Below are positions 23,122 through 36,007 of a DNA stretch of 64,000 bases, piece after piece. Origin of the DNA: Amoebophrya sp. A120 (taxonomy: Eukaryota; Protista; Dinoflagellata). The notes under the pieces are model-generated. The model saw nothing but the letters and a program-made list of their open reading frames with translations. It had not been told where the DNA came from and made no database searches. The stretch lies in contig CAJINV010000004.1 in NCBI GenBank assembly GCA_905178155.1, positions 5,392,258-5,456,257 of the forward strand. The letters run 5' to 3'. The position numbers and the translations under genes were made by a program. Every line of letters begins with the position of its first letter. Position 1 is the first letter of the stretch.

Positions 23122-25994
23122 TTACTCTTCCCTCATCCGATTCCAGCGCAATCGCTCTTCCTCTTCCAAGTGCCGCTTCAACAACGGCACCACGAAATTC
23201 TTCTGGATTTTGTATAGCAGGTGGCCCACCGAATCCATCCCAACGAGCGTCCCGGCCGCACCCCAGGCTAGCACATGCAACACCTTCGTGTCCTCCTATG
23301 GATTAAAAATATGTCTGGGTCAGGAAATTTGTGATGCTAAAATGCGCATGACGAAAACGCTCCCTCATGCAGGAAAGCATGACAAGTTTGCAGAACGCTT
23401 CCTCATACGCGCTCCGCATGAGAAACTACGTTTTTGTATGACAAGAGAGGCTGCGGCTTTTGTAGTGATGTAGGTCATGCAATACAGATCTCACAGGAAA
23501 GCACGACCAGCATTACAAGTTCCAACGTTCCAGACCCAGACATATTTGCATTTGAAACCTCCTCTTCAATGACCAAACGCAGAGATTTCGGGCGCGCGAC
23601 GGTGTTTTTCATTTCGGTGGCCGCGGATGGTCTGCTTCTGGGCTGCTCGCCTGTTATTTCCATCTGCGCAGCGGGCTCTTTTGTTCTCGGCAGGTCCGAG
23701 CCCACGACCTGTGTCTGAGCATAATCGCTCTCTTGCTTTGTCTTGTTTATTTCCGCTTCTGTCTCCGCGAGAATTATCTGCGCACTGGCTTTTTCCGCAA
23801 AATCCGGCCACAACACCGTCTCGAAGGCCCAGGATAATTTTTTCGACGGGACGAGAAGATTTTTGTGTGACATTTGGCTCAGTTTCGCTTGTTCTGCCCC
23901 GCCCTTCATGGGTGTACTACTATTTTCCCTATGAACATCTTCGCCTTGATGTTCCACCTCAGGTTGCCCGCCGAACAACGCTTCGAACTCCCGCTTACAA
24001 ACCGCGTCCTCGAAGTTCGGTCTCCAGCGACTTTGAATCACCGGGTAATACCCGTCGGGCGAGCCCAGCACGCGGGAGGGATGCCCAGGCGCTCGCGAGG
24101 ACCGGTCGCTGACCACGCAGGAACGACTGGCTGGCGTGTTGTTGGACGACGTTGTTGTTGACTCGTGCGATTTGATTGTAGATTCCTCCTGATCATGTTC
24201 ATCGTGCTCTAGTACAACAACTTTCGTGCTATTTCGGTTCATCTTCTCAGCGGGTGTTCCCGCATTTGGATTTTCCCTTTTTCTTTTCCCCGCCGCGTCT
24301 CCTCGAGATGGCGGCGTGAATGAATTTTCATCAGGAAGATCTCGGGAAGGTCCTTCTAACCGATGATGACCTCGTCCTACGCGGCTGCTCCCGGAAGACG
24401 TTCTTGCAGCACCAGAACTACTCGCTGCACTACTTCGACTTCGTAGCACGAAAGAGAAAAACTCGGGCGTCAATCTTGCTTTCTTCAAAAACGCGGAGAG
24501 CGCGGCGATTCTGCCCTCTACTAGCCCCGCTTCCTCCTTCGCGTCGAAAGCCTGCACGGTGAGCAACTGCGCCATCAGGGTAGAGGTCATAGTGGACACC
24601 TGCAGGCTGGCCAGCAGCGGCCCAATTGCCAGCATGTACGGGGTGGTGATATTCGTATTGCTTGTGCTGTTGCTGCTCGCCGTCGTTCCACTACTTATGT
24701 CCTCGCTAGAACTAGATGAAGCCAAAGTTCGCTGCACGAAGCGAATTTTCCTTCCGTCTTCATGTTTCTCCACGTCCCACTCTTCGAGATTCAGGGAAAA
24801 AAACACAAACGGCGCCTCCTGCATGAACTTCGCCAGCAGAGGCGGCGGCGCGAAGCTCGTCCCCCGCCGCAATAAAAGCGCCGAGGACGTGTGTTTCGCA
24901 ACCTCCTTGTCCAGGCTGTCCTGGTGTTTCTGTTTGCAACGAAGCTGGTTCTTCAAAATGGCATTTTCCAGCGAGAGCAGTTTCTCCACCCGGCGAAATT
25001 CGAACGCCATCGCGGTGGCCTCGCGCTGTGCCGCTGTAGTTTCCGCCCTTTGTTTCCTCAGCCGGTCTAGAATTGCCGGGTGGCGGTCGGTTATTTCGCT
25101 TGTTGCGTCGTGGATTTTGTCCAGGCCCTCCCCGCTGGCGAGAATGTGCTCCCGGGCGAGTTCTAGTTGCTGGTGCTTCTCTCGGCGGAGACGACTAGTT
25201 GTACTCTGCGGGCACCAGAAAGATGATGAACTTGTGGGTGCAAGAACATTTTTGGCTGCAGTTCTCGTGGTCCCACCGGACAAGGTCGTGGTTGTCGTCG
25301 TGTTTTCTGCAAGAGGTTCTTGCAGCGGGTCGTGCTGCTCCTGCTTCTGCTGCGCTGCAAGAAGATCGTCCTGAGCTACAACTACATGATCACTGGCACA
25401 ACAACTGAAACTACCGCAGCAACGATCCGACGCGCCTTGCTTCGACCTTGTTTGCTTCGATAGAAACTGCGCGGTCCGCTGTGCGTCCGTTGGGGGGAGA
25501 AACGCCAATACTTGATCGTGCAATTCCTCGCAAGAGAAAATCGCTGGACGAGGCGGTAAAGTGGTTCCACCATCTTCTGATGTAGTACTCCTCCTGCGGT
25601 CTGAGATTACTATCTGCGATGATGCGGCGCCAGCTTGTACTTGTGCTGCTGCAGCTTGGCGTGGAGACTTATGATCCGTGGTCGGATGTGCCACGCCAGT
25701 GCCTCCTTGGTGTTGACAACTCGACTTAGCAAGTCGCCGTCCGTCCGGCCTGCCGCGCGATCTTGCAACCGTGGGTCGCGGCTGAGAGGCAGTTGTGTCG
25801 CTGCTACCCGTAAGACCATTTCCGCGCCCAGGTGCCCGTTGCTTCCGGTGGACAGCGCTGGCTGCGACGCTGCAACGAAACGAGCAACCCGTTAGGACAG
25901 AGATGAGCAGGAGATACGGTGCTAGTACGAAAGCGGACGTCGCCAGACAGGGGTGAGAAAATTTTTCTTCGCGCAAAACGCATCGCGTCCTCAT
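23122..25994 (-). CDS. Uncharacterised protein with a hydrophobic N-terminus and coiled coil; 2 exons
   Basis: The 839-aa ORF continues (IEEE-DTKVLHV..REE*) after removing 23297-23557+5 bp; TAA at 23124-23122. Confidence 0.7.
23297..23557. mobile_element. Introner/MITE family A
   Basis: Ends tatggattaaaaatatgtctgggtc / gacccagacatatttgcatttgaaa; perfect TSD CCTCC (sense GGAGG, which happens to allow GT-AG). Confidence 0.9.
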
Positions 25995-27313
25995 TGCTTG
26001 CGGTTTATAGTCTCGAAAGCGGTCGTGTCAACGGGTTCTAACAATGACGCGCATTCATATTATTATCAATATTCGAAAAACGCGCTAGCCAGCCGACAAA
26101 GTCGACTATGGCAGCGATTGCACAGGTCTCACGGTCTGTCTTTCTCTGCGGGCTCACTTTTCAACTCCTTTCGCCGGGCTCTCTTGTGGCAACAAACTAT
26201 AGGTAGGCTTTTTTACTTCAAATAAAAAGGGCTAGGCTTAACGAAAAAGATCTGTTGATTGACTCTGTGTATAGAAAGGCAAAAAAAGGTTTTTGGCTAA
26301 GTGGCGGGGATCACTATTTTGCTTTCTTATCATGATAAAACTCTGTGCAGTCTGTAAGTAGAAACAAGGCTATCTACAAGATCCGCAATCTACTAACGAA
26401 CCAGTTTTCGCAACTACTTGCGCACGAGGTAAACGTAAAAGCGACAAAAAAAAAAGGGCAAGCTTGCAATTAGTTTGACCTTTATAGTACGTCTCAAATC
26501 TAAGAAAAGTGCATCTGCCTTCATTATAAAAGCTTCGTTCAACATTTTAAACCCGTGCCTCCGCGCCACCCGGAGCCCCCGGTTAAAAACTCCGTGTCTC
26601 CTCTGGTGAAACTTCGTTCGGAGAGCCCTCTGGTGAAACTTTCTGAGCGTTTGAGATCTTTACAGGACGCAACGCAGCCCTGAGCTTTCTACCTGTCACT
26701 CTGCCGCGGAGAGATGGAATTGAGCACGGGCTCCATCCCGGCCCTTGAGTGCAGACACTTCAGGCACTCCAAATGGCAGGCATCTTCAAAGCCTTCAACC
26801 AGAACTTTGTTTCTTCGAGCATCAATGTTTATCGATTTTTTTTTTACAAATTCGAACTCTCTACGGCCAAGCGAGAGTTGTTTGTTTGTTTGTTGAGGTT
26901 GGTCACATGGAACCGCTTGAAAGATGTTCTTTCTTCTCATGTGTCTAGCGCTACTTCAATAAAAAGGGACAACTTGGTGGAGCTGCTTTAGCTCCAACCT
27001 TAGAAAAACAAGACGGAACTGCTGCTGTAAACGAGAAAAAGCTGCTCTTTCTTATAAGAAATTCGAGACATGATTCAAAAATCTTTCATTTGATTTCACT
27101 TGCACAACATTGCTGTGCTTGCAACCAATTCTGTGTCCGTGAAATTACTCAGCTACTTCTTACTTATCGTAATGCGCGACAAACTCAGTCAAGCTCCCAC
27201 CTTGTCGTAAGCAAGAGTATGACTAAATTTCGCAAAGAATGTAAGTGTGTCCTCACTTTTTCCTCGAATGATCCGTGAAAATCACGACGGATTCCGTGAT
27301 TTGTAAATTAGAT

Positions 27314-27703
27314 TTACTGACAGTCCGGGGGCAATGGGGTCTTGTCGTAACAGAAGTAGTTGCGTTCCGCCGTCACCCCGAAGTTACAGCACGTCTGCAA
27401 CCAGGTTCCGTACGGGTCATTCAAAACGCCGAACGCAGCCGTCTGGACTTTGCAACTCAACTTGTAGTACAACTCCTGTGGTGCTCCCCTCCGTCCGCGA
27501 TCTTCTGGATTTTTCTTTTTCTGCTGGGTCGTTTTGGAAATTTTGCAGACGGTGTTCTCCATTTTCTCGGCAGCAACGACTACGGCAGATTCCCATCCAG
27601 GCGGCGGTGTGGAAGAAGTACTTGCGATGATATAAGTCCCCGCTGGTGCTGGATAGTTTTGCCAACCCGGCTGCACGGCGGACAAGAACGAGGATGCCTC
27701 GCC
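27314..27703 (-). CDS. 3' part of a small Cys-containing host ORF interrupted by the 14-kb element
   Basis: Joins in frame with 41755-41991 through direct repeat GGCGAG (..GSADG-GE-ASSFLSAV..CCNFG..PPDCQ*), about 206 aa. Confidence 0.5.
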   Translation of the reverse strand, partial: GEASSFLSAVQPGWQNYPAPAGTYIIASTSSTPPPGWESAVVVAAEKMENTVCKISKTTQQKKKNPEDRGRRGAPQELYYKLSCKVQTAAFGVLNDPYGTWLQTCCNFGVTAERNYFCYDKTPLPPDCQ

Positions 27704-27956
27704 CATGGACGTCTTCTTGGGGTCGCCGCTTCTGATGAGGATTAGCTTCCGGATTTCTTCCGGATTTCTTTGGAAAAAAATTTTTCGGGCTATTTGGCAG
27801 TTTACTGCTATACTTTTGGGTGTTCCGACTTTTGCTATTCACGTTCCCAGCGTCGGAAATCAGGTGTCAGATCGTTCGTAGCTCGATTCTCGTGCGAGAA
27901 CGGGCCTCGTCGAGTTTCGGCACCCCGATCCCCCCCTTTTAGGCCGCCCCCGTCTC

Positions 27957-28805
27957 GCTCGGCCATTTGGCCGAGCGGTTAAGGGGTGTAGGTGTTTCTT
28001 CCAGTCCCTTTCCACCCTTCGTGGGGCCTATCCCCTCGCCGATGCGATCCGATCACCCGTCGCGGCTTCGTTCGAACGTGCGAAGCCGTTTAGCCCCACT
28101 GGTAGTGCATCGAGATGCGATCGGCAGTCCCTTTTCACCCTTTTTGTGTTGTCTTCCGTCCCCGCAGCGATCCACGCAGTCGCAGCTACTATCGAAAACC
28201 GCCCGCACTACGTCTTGTCTTCTGCAAAGAGAGAAGACGTTGTTCCGGCCGTTTCTCAGGTGTTGCAGCACTCGCCCATTTGGGCGAGTTGGTAAGGGGC
28301 CGAGTTCGTTGATCCGGTCCCTTTTCACCCTTCACGGGGACCGAAGGTTCGAAGCCCAATGTTGGCTTTTTTTCTTTCGGTGCGGCTTGTGCGACTGAAA
28401 GGAAAAGCGCACTACTAGGACAAGTAGGGACGGAGGGGCGAAAGTGGATCGACCTCGAAGGCCGAAGTACTTTCACACGACGGCACTCGCCCATCTGGGC
28501 GAGTTGGTAGAGGGAGGGGATGCTATCCCCAGTCCCTTTTCACCCTTCACGGGGATCGAGGGATCGATACCCAGCATTGGCGTTTTTTCTTTCGGTACGA
28601 TTTGTGCGACCGGAAGGAAAAACGCACTACTACCACGAGGAGGGACGGAGAAGTGAAAGTAGACCAACCTCGAAGGCCGAACTACTTCCACGTAAAGACA
28701 CTCGCCCAACTGGGCGAGTTGGTACAGGGTGGAGATGCTATCTCCAGTCCCTTTTCACCCTTCGCGGGGATCCAGGGATCGATGCCCAGTGTTGGTGCTT
28801 TTGGA
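27957..28805 (+). repeat. 215-bp tandem repeat (copies at 28269 and 28484, truncated third at 28699, plus degenerate upstream copies)
   Basis: Repeated cactcgccca.ytgggcgagttggta ... gtcccttttcacccttc ... ttgg followed by T-runs; exact 215-bp period. Confidence 0.9.
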
Positions 28806-29347
28806 AAATGGAAGCGAAGAAGCAAGCCGTCGGGATTGAGAAAGAGAAGCCAAGATAGAAGCGAAAGAAAGAACTAGATACTGATCGTCGGTCTGATGCG
28901 AAAGCACCGCAAGAAACTGCTCCTCCTTGTTTTTTCTAAGTATCTGTGTTCGTTTTTTAGATGGGAAGCGAGAGAAGTCGAGTCACGGGCGACGGGGGGC
29001 ACGAAGTGAAGGTTTTTTTTGGTGAAGAGCGTGTTTTTTGTCCGGCCGGAAACAGAAGCCACCTAGCATCGATCGCCGAGTTTTTTGCCAGAGTCCCAAC
29101 ACCGAACAAGGCCTGCACGTTATGAAAACCCAGGTAAGATACAAATTTTGATCGTAGAGAGCCACCACCTATCTACAATACTCACATGTTTCATACGCGG
29201 GCGATCCCGCGTAGCAGTCCGTCCGCTCCCCAGTAACGCGATGCCTGTGTGGAACGGATAGCGGCAGGTGCGCATTCGTGCGACCTCGGAAAGCGGAACA
29301 ACTACTTCTTCTCGAGCAGAACAACTACTGCTACTTCGTCGCCCGCG

Positions 29348-31645
29348 ATGTCGAAAAAGCCGGTGGACCCCGCGAAGCTGGAGGAGCAAAAAGCGGAAGC
29401 GAGTCTGTTTTTCAACGCGACGGCGTTCCTGCACGCGCGGAAGCTGTGGAAATTCGGCTATCTACTTTGCGACTCCGCTTTTAACATCGCGCAGTCGTAC
29501 TTTGCGGATTGGAGTTACAAAATAGTACACTACAGGTGCGAAATAGATGGCACCACGCAACAAGCACTACTATTCGAGAATAGTACTCGCGGCCGCATCC
29601 GCGTGTACGCGCATATCATGGTGAGCTTCGTGTGCATCACCTTTGCCATGGGAGGAACAAATACGATGCTAGGACATGTTGCACTACCTTGTCACACCGT
29701 GTTGTTCCCATCATCGTCGGACTTTTCGAAGCAGAAGCGTGGTAGCTCGGGCTTCAGGGGGTGGAGCGAAGGATATGAGATTGCGGATTTGGTTTGGACG
29801 ATGAACAACCCCGCGATCTACTTCAGCGCCTTTCCGAAATCCACAATCAAAGTGTGGACCCCCGCGACCGATTCAGGAGGATCCACAATATCGACCCTTT
29901 TTTATTTAGGGTCGTTCTTCCTTGCGACGGAGGCCCTAAAAAATTGCGTGATGTGGACGGATCGCTGCAAGAACCATCAGGCCGCGCTCATCACCAAGAG
30001 CGTCGCGGAGACCTATTTGGCGATGTGCGGGCTTGATCCGATCGGGTGGCAAAAACGACTATTTTTACAAGTAAGATTTCAAGTAGCTTTGTACTTCGCC
30101 CCTTCTCGCACTTTTTTATCATGCAAAAAATGTCTGTTTTGTATTGCAAAATGTAACAACTCGCATCACAAATTACCAGGTAACCTCCGTGAAACTACTA
30201 CAAGAAAAAATCCACGCGCAACTGGACCACGTTGCCCGGTGGATAGGCGAGTGGGATCAGCAAACGCCGATGCCACGCGACGCGGCGCTGAACGGGTTTT
30301 TAGACCGTTGTCATTTTCCCGAGGACAAGAAGAAGTTCATCCGCAAGTGCTCGGCGAAAGCGCAAACACTGGTCGCACCACACCAATGCAGGCGCCAGTG
30401 TTTACGCAACCTACACTCCTGTTACCGGGGCTTTCGAGCCCCGGTATGGACCCGATGGCTCACAATCCAACAGGCTCTGGGCCAAATAGCGGTTTGTTTA
30501 GCGATATGAAAAGACAAAAATAACTAGCACAAAGCGCAGCCGGAAGCATGACACAAAGCAGGCAGATTGAGTTTTTACGCATGACAGATTACGATCGCAG
30601 TATTGGTAGCTATCTTCGTGCTTGCTTTGTGCTAGTTATTTTTGCATGTGCATACTCGTTCTTCATGGGGAGACTATTCTGTGGGTTAGGTCCCAGAGTG
30701 CAATTTGGAGCCGAACACGTGTTGGAGCATGGGTTCCAAATAAACATGCGTGGAGACACAGGAACAAACAATTCTAGCATGACAAACACGATATTGGGCG
30801 GCGTTTCTCATGTACAGCATCGCTACCCCTCGCATGATGACCACGAACTACAAATTCCGAATTTGTAATGCGTTTCTTCACCGCAGCCGAACTAACACAC
30901 TACAAACTCGAACAGGTCCGCAATTTGTGTTCATAGTTGTGAGCTGGTTCGTCATGGTGATCATCGGGCCCGTCGAACATTATAATGCTGCGATGTTGAA
31001 GGAGGACTTGAGGCAACGGACGAAGCTGGAGCTGCGAAAGCAATTTGATCAAGACGTCACGGAGGTCATTAACTACCTGTACAACAAGGAGAAAGCGCAC
31101 ACCGACCTGGCTTTTCTTCTCTGCGGCATCGGAATTGGGGCGGTGGCGTTTGACGAAAAACAGGAGCAGCTGGCACTTTTGAAAGTTGCGTTTCTTGGAT
31201 ACTGTGTCGCAATTTGTCATGCATTTTTTGCAATTTTTGCCATTGCAGCTTCAACATAAAAATTTATCAGATCGAGTTCTGCAGACTGAGCGCCCAGCTT
31301 TGCGTGTGGGTCAGCAGGTGCTTGCTACATTACCGCGATGGAGCAACTGATATGCACGAGAGGTGGTTGGACATGGCGAGTACCAACCTCGACAGCGCGA
31401 TAAATTTTTTGCAGAAGAAGAAGCACACTCCGTACCTGAGTGACGACCCCGGGTCGATTAGTCTACACACGGTTGCGCGGTGGTACAAGAACCTTCCGCC
31501 GCTGACAGCGAAGAATCAACTGAGTGAGCTGGTGGAGTACTTGAAGGGGCGGAATCGCACGACGCGGAATTGCGAAAAGCGGGCTGGGCGATTCAAGTAC
31601 CACACAAAAACTATGGACGGAAAGACCTCAACAATAGCCCAGTAG
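29348..31645 (+). CDS. hAT-like DDE transposase, spliced; central exons unresolved, possibly degenerate
   Basis: Motifs in hAT order: EIDGTT (D1), PATDSGG (D2, about 70 aa later if intron 29621-29734 is removed), RCKNH (CxxH), WTRWLT, TTRNCEK (E). Clear GT-AG intron 30071-30179. Confidence 0.7.
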
Positions 31646-31920
31646 TGCCAGTGCTACAGAAGCGCTTGCTTTCATGCTTTGCATCGTGTTTGTCATGCAT
31701 GAAATAATAACACTTCTTCGTCCTGTGCAGTGCTTCCCCCTTTCGAGGGGCACGGCGCCAAATCTGTCATGCATTTTTCACCCCTCTTTCGGGGGAAGAA
31801 AGACCAAATTTGTCATGCGTAATCGCGTCCCGTTCCGAACTCCGTTTATAAAATGAAAGCAAGCAGCAATAGCACCGAGTTCGCGGTGCTATTCCTCGTT
31901 TTTTTCGTGGTATAGGCGGA

Positions 31921-34494
31921 GTGAAAGGCGGAATGAAGAGTATTCCGGGCTCGGACTGCGCCCTTAACAGGGCGGACTTTCAGAACCACTCTACCACCGC
32001 GACAGAGGACCTGCAACAACATCAGCCTGCAGAGCCTGTGCTGCCTTCTGCAGAGCCGGCCCCGAAACGGGCGTATGCGGGTGTGCGAGCCATAGACGCC
32101 AAAAGGGCGGACCAGACGCACGAGCCCGGTTCTATGCCGTCGCAGAAGGACGTGCTGAAGAAGACCACCAGCAGAAACAAGTTACGCAATACAAATTTCC
32201 TGCTCATGTGCAAAATGCATGGCAAATCTAAAGCAAGTTTCAGCATGCCGCTTGTCATGCTGAATAGGGTCGGAGTACAAGTCTGTCATGCAGAAACCGA
32301 GTTCGTACTTGTGCGGGAAATTTCCCATGGATACAAGTGGAACGAAGACGATAAGCATGAGAAGCTGCGGCACCATTACATCGCGGCGGAAATGGACAAA
32401 GAAAAGCGGAAAGAAGAAATCCGGAAGATGTCGGAGGCCGAGATCGAAGAAGTGGACAAAGAAGAGAAGCGGCCGCTTATTATCTGTCAGCGGGAAAGCG
32501 GATTCTACCAGGCGGTGGAAGCGGACGTGACGAAGCGGCACCAGAGTGAAACCTTCGACGCAACCAAATGGCTTCCCGCCATGTGTAACCGGACGAACCA
32601 GCAGGTCGGGCAGGAAACGCCGCCGGAAATAACGGCCAAAGGACGGCCAAAGCCCGCAAGTGCAGTGCTATTTGCGCGGTATTTGCGGTCGCGGAGAGCG
32701 CGGGTGCGCGAGCTGCGGAAGGAACGCAAAGAAGCAGGTGTTGCGGAGGGCGAATTGAATGATCTGAAGCTTGCGGTGGAGGAAGATGACGATACGCAAG
32801 ACAAATTGTAGAACAGCCCTGCTTTTGCGTTCAGATTTTGTATTTGTGATTGCATGACACCCTGCGAAAGATACGCTTTTGCTTTTCGAGAACAACAGCA
32901 ACATAGCATGACAAGTTGGCACCAGATTTGTCCTCTTGGAAAACACGAGCACAGCGCTTCCGTGATAGCAGACTTGATCGTGCTGAAATACAAAAGCAGG
33001 GCGTTCTACAAGTTTGAACGGCATACGCGAAGATGAAGAGCCGGTGGAGGATGACGAAGATCCCAGCAACGACGCAGCGGCTCTCATCCCCGAGGAGGTG
33101 GCGCAAGGACGGGACGTCTGCGCCCTGTTCTCGCCGTTTGTGATCACCAGATTCCTGAATACCAAGACGAAGCAGTGGGTGCCGTTTCTAATCTCCGACT
33201 GCGTATTGACGCCCGCCAGCTTCAAGGCAATCAAGCTGCTCTACACGGGGAAACCGGAAGCGTGGCACAAAGCGACGCTCTACACATCCCACAAGGACTA
33301 CCTGTTCTCTGACAGCGAGGCTACCGACTACGACCTCGACACAATCTCCGAAATGTACACATTGGAGATAAAGGACGCGGATGATACAGGCCGTGTGCGC
33401 TTGTATTGCGGAAAGCAGGCGCAGCTGCTGAAGCCCGGTGGCCCGAAGGTGAAAGCGGGGAAGGTCGGTGGAGGAGAAGGTGATCAAGGAGGACTGGGCT
33501 TCTGCTACCAACGAGCAGAAGGCCGCACAGATGGATCAGCTACAGAAGTTTTTGCAGCCCGTTTCCGACGCTGCTTGTGCACCAAAGGCGAAGGACAAGA
33601 TTTTCGTGATCCAGGAGAGCAGAATGGTGGCGCTTCCGGTCCGCGCGGAGGAACTGGATCCGCAGGCAATCCGCGTCGAAAAGGAAACCCAATCTGGTAA
33701 AGCGACGCAAACACAGTCGAATCTGGAAACGCAGACGGGATCGCAGGCTACCGCGAAGTCGAGCGACGATCGAAATTTCCGGCAAGGAGTACAAGCTCCA
33801 CATCTCCGCGCGACAAGAAACCATCAATCAGTTGGAACCGATGAGAATTGATGGCTTCAAGATAAAGGAGGCAAGCTCCGTCTCCGACCGCAAAACCGAA
33901 GGGCGAGATAGCATCCGGCTGCAGATTTTCGCGTTGGAAAAGAAGTTGAAGCAGAAGCTGGCAAAGCAGATCTTGAACCCGAACACTACGCGGCACTGCC
34001 AGTCGAAGGGGCAGACCTTGGGGCGCGGTATGCGATTCGACGAAGCCGACGGTCCCCGCTGGACTGACGCGCGTTTGTCGGTGTGGGGTGTACGCGCCCG
34101 TTTTATCGCCGAAAAAGCTGGCGACAACACCGACTACGAGCGGAAATGCAATGATGAAGACGTCGAAATCCTCAAGCAGCAGTACAGCCTGTACATGAAT
34201 GACGTGCACCAATGGGCCCAGACCCGCGCCGGTGGCTGCACAACGAAACTGAAGGAGTTGGAATACGAAATGGAGATTGACAAGCGCACGCCGCAGTGCC
34301 TCGATCCGCGGAATACTACCAGCGAGTGGCTTGACTTCCGTGACGCCACGGAAGGGGAGAAGGACATCAGTACCAAGTTGGTCGAGCGGCAGAAGGAGAA
34401 GAACTCCAAGAAGAATAAAGGCGGCTTTCTGCCCACGGTTCCGGAAGTGGAGTACGAAGCTGCTTTGGAGGTCCATGTGCCGGCGATTGCGTGA
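31921..34494 (+). pseudogene. Charged uncharacterised spliced gene (or transposase extension) inside the giant element, with two apparent frameshifts
   Basis: Consecutive coding-like ORFs 31921-32811, 33014-33700, 33468-33851 and 33832-34494; frame changes near 33465 and 33765; intron-like tgtcatg-rich interruptions at ~32180-32315 and ~32808-33000. Confidence 0.55.
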
Positions 34495-34589
34495 TGGAGC
34501 GACGGCGTACCTGATAGAGTTTTATTTGTAAATTATGAACAAGAATCTCAACTCTCTCTCGTCTCCGTTTTTTCTCCTGAAAAAGGAGA

Positions 34590-34890
34590 TCATTTCTGAG
34601 ACCAAAAAATGTCCTCTGAATAACTTTTGAATATCTTTTGATTTTTCAGTTTCGAAACAGCAAAGTGAAAAAGATTATCTTTTTTTGAGCTCTCTGAGTA
34701 TCTTTTTCGGAGAGCTCTGTTTATCTTTAGGCCGATGGTATACTCGGATTTCCAGCACCTTCTGAATATCTTTTTCAGAGGCTTCTGAATAACTTTCAAA
34801 GATATGTAAATGGTGCTTCACTACCTCCGAACCTACTCACTTTTTGACCTCTCTGAATATCTTTTTGGAGTCAAAAAATGTCTCGCTTTG
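34590..34890. repeat. AT-rich dispersed motif cluster (CTCTGAATA[T/A]CTTTT)
   Basis: Five to six variants, e.g. near 34614, 34694, 34761, 34783 and 34851. Confidence 0.65.
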
Positions 34891-36007
34891 GATGATCGTT
34901 TCTTCTAGAAAAATCTAAGTTAAAAGAAGCTCTCTCAGACAACGCAACTCTTCTTGCAAAAGGTAGATTAGGAACTAGCAAAATACCTTCCTGTAGTAGT
35001 GTAGTACTGCCAGCGCGCTTGCGTGATACCAGCGGAGCCGACGACCATGGACTACCTGGAATGGACCTTTGACCATGGAAACCTTCAACGCGCACGGGTA
35101 CTACACCACCTACTGCGCCTCTGCTGTTACCGTGGGCCTCGTGGACTTTGGTGCGTACTTGACGTTGGTGACCATAGCCGCGAACTTGCCGTTGCTGGTG
35201 TTGCGCGGCGTGCTGGCATAGTTATTAATTGTAGAATAAATAGAATTTACAACAAGACTGCGAAAGCATTATAGTAGGTCGAAAGTAACATAAGAACAAG
35301 TAAAAAAGTACAACACACGCATGTAGTAGAACATACACAACAGACATTGGGAAAGCATACACGGCAAAGACCGTCCTTGACTGATATAGAGCAGAAAACA
35401 GCCTGCAGTCGCATACAGATTTGCTTTGTACAGGAATAGTTTCCGGGTGTGAGCACGCAATATGCATGACAAACACCACGAAGAGAATTAGTGTCTCATC
35501 ATCGCGACGCAGGAATAGGGAACATAAGCACAAAAGTCCACACGTAGAATGGAAAAACAACATCTCTGTACCTCTGGAGTCTTGTGCTCCGCTGCTGGTC
35601 TGAATGCCATCTTTTCCGTTCATTTCGTATCAACACTGCTAAGGACGAGCGACCTGATGTTAGTTATGGCTACTTTGCTTTGATATCACATCTCGCAAGC
35701 ACTGAGCTGGATCTCAATTGATAGTTCTGAAAAAAAAAGCACGAAAGCGCATGTGTAACAGTGTCGGTTCTTTGTTTATGAATTTGAGATGAGGAGGCGC
35801 TACTGAAACTACAGCAATTCTTCTCTTTCCACGCACCAATCGGTCCACAAGAAATCGCGTTTTTTTTTGCCTAGAATAACGATGACCTTAAACGGGCAGT
35901 TTTCACTTTGCACTTCTAATCAAAACCGTAGGGAGAAAAACTTCAACAGTTTTTGCGTGAGGAAACTCAACCTTCTCTGAGTTCCTCTTCCTTCTGAAAA
36001 AGCAATA

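Noticed and set aside
27960-28060. tRNA gene (TGGCCGAGCGGTTAAGG resembles a D-arm)
   Set aside because: No acceptor stem, anticodon arm or full T-arm; it is a degenerate copy of the 215-bp repeat.
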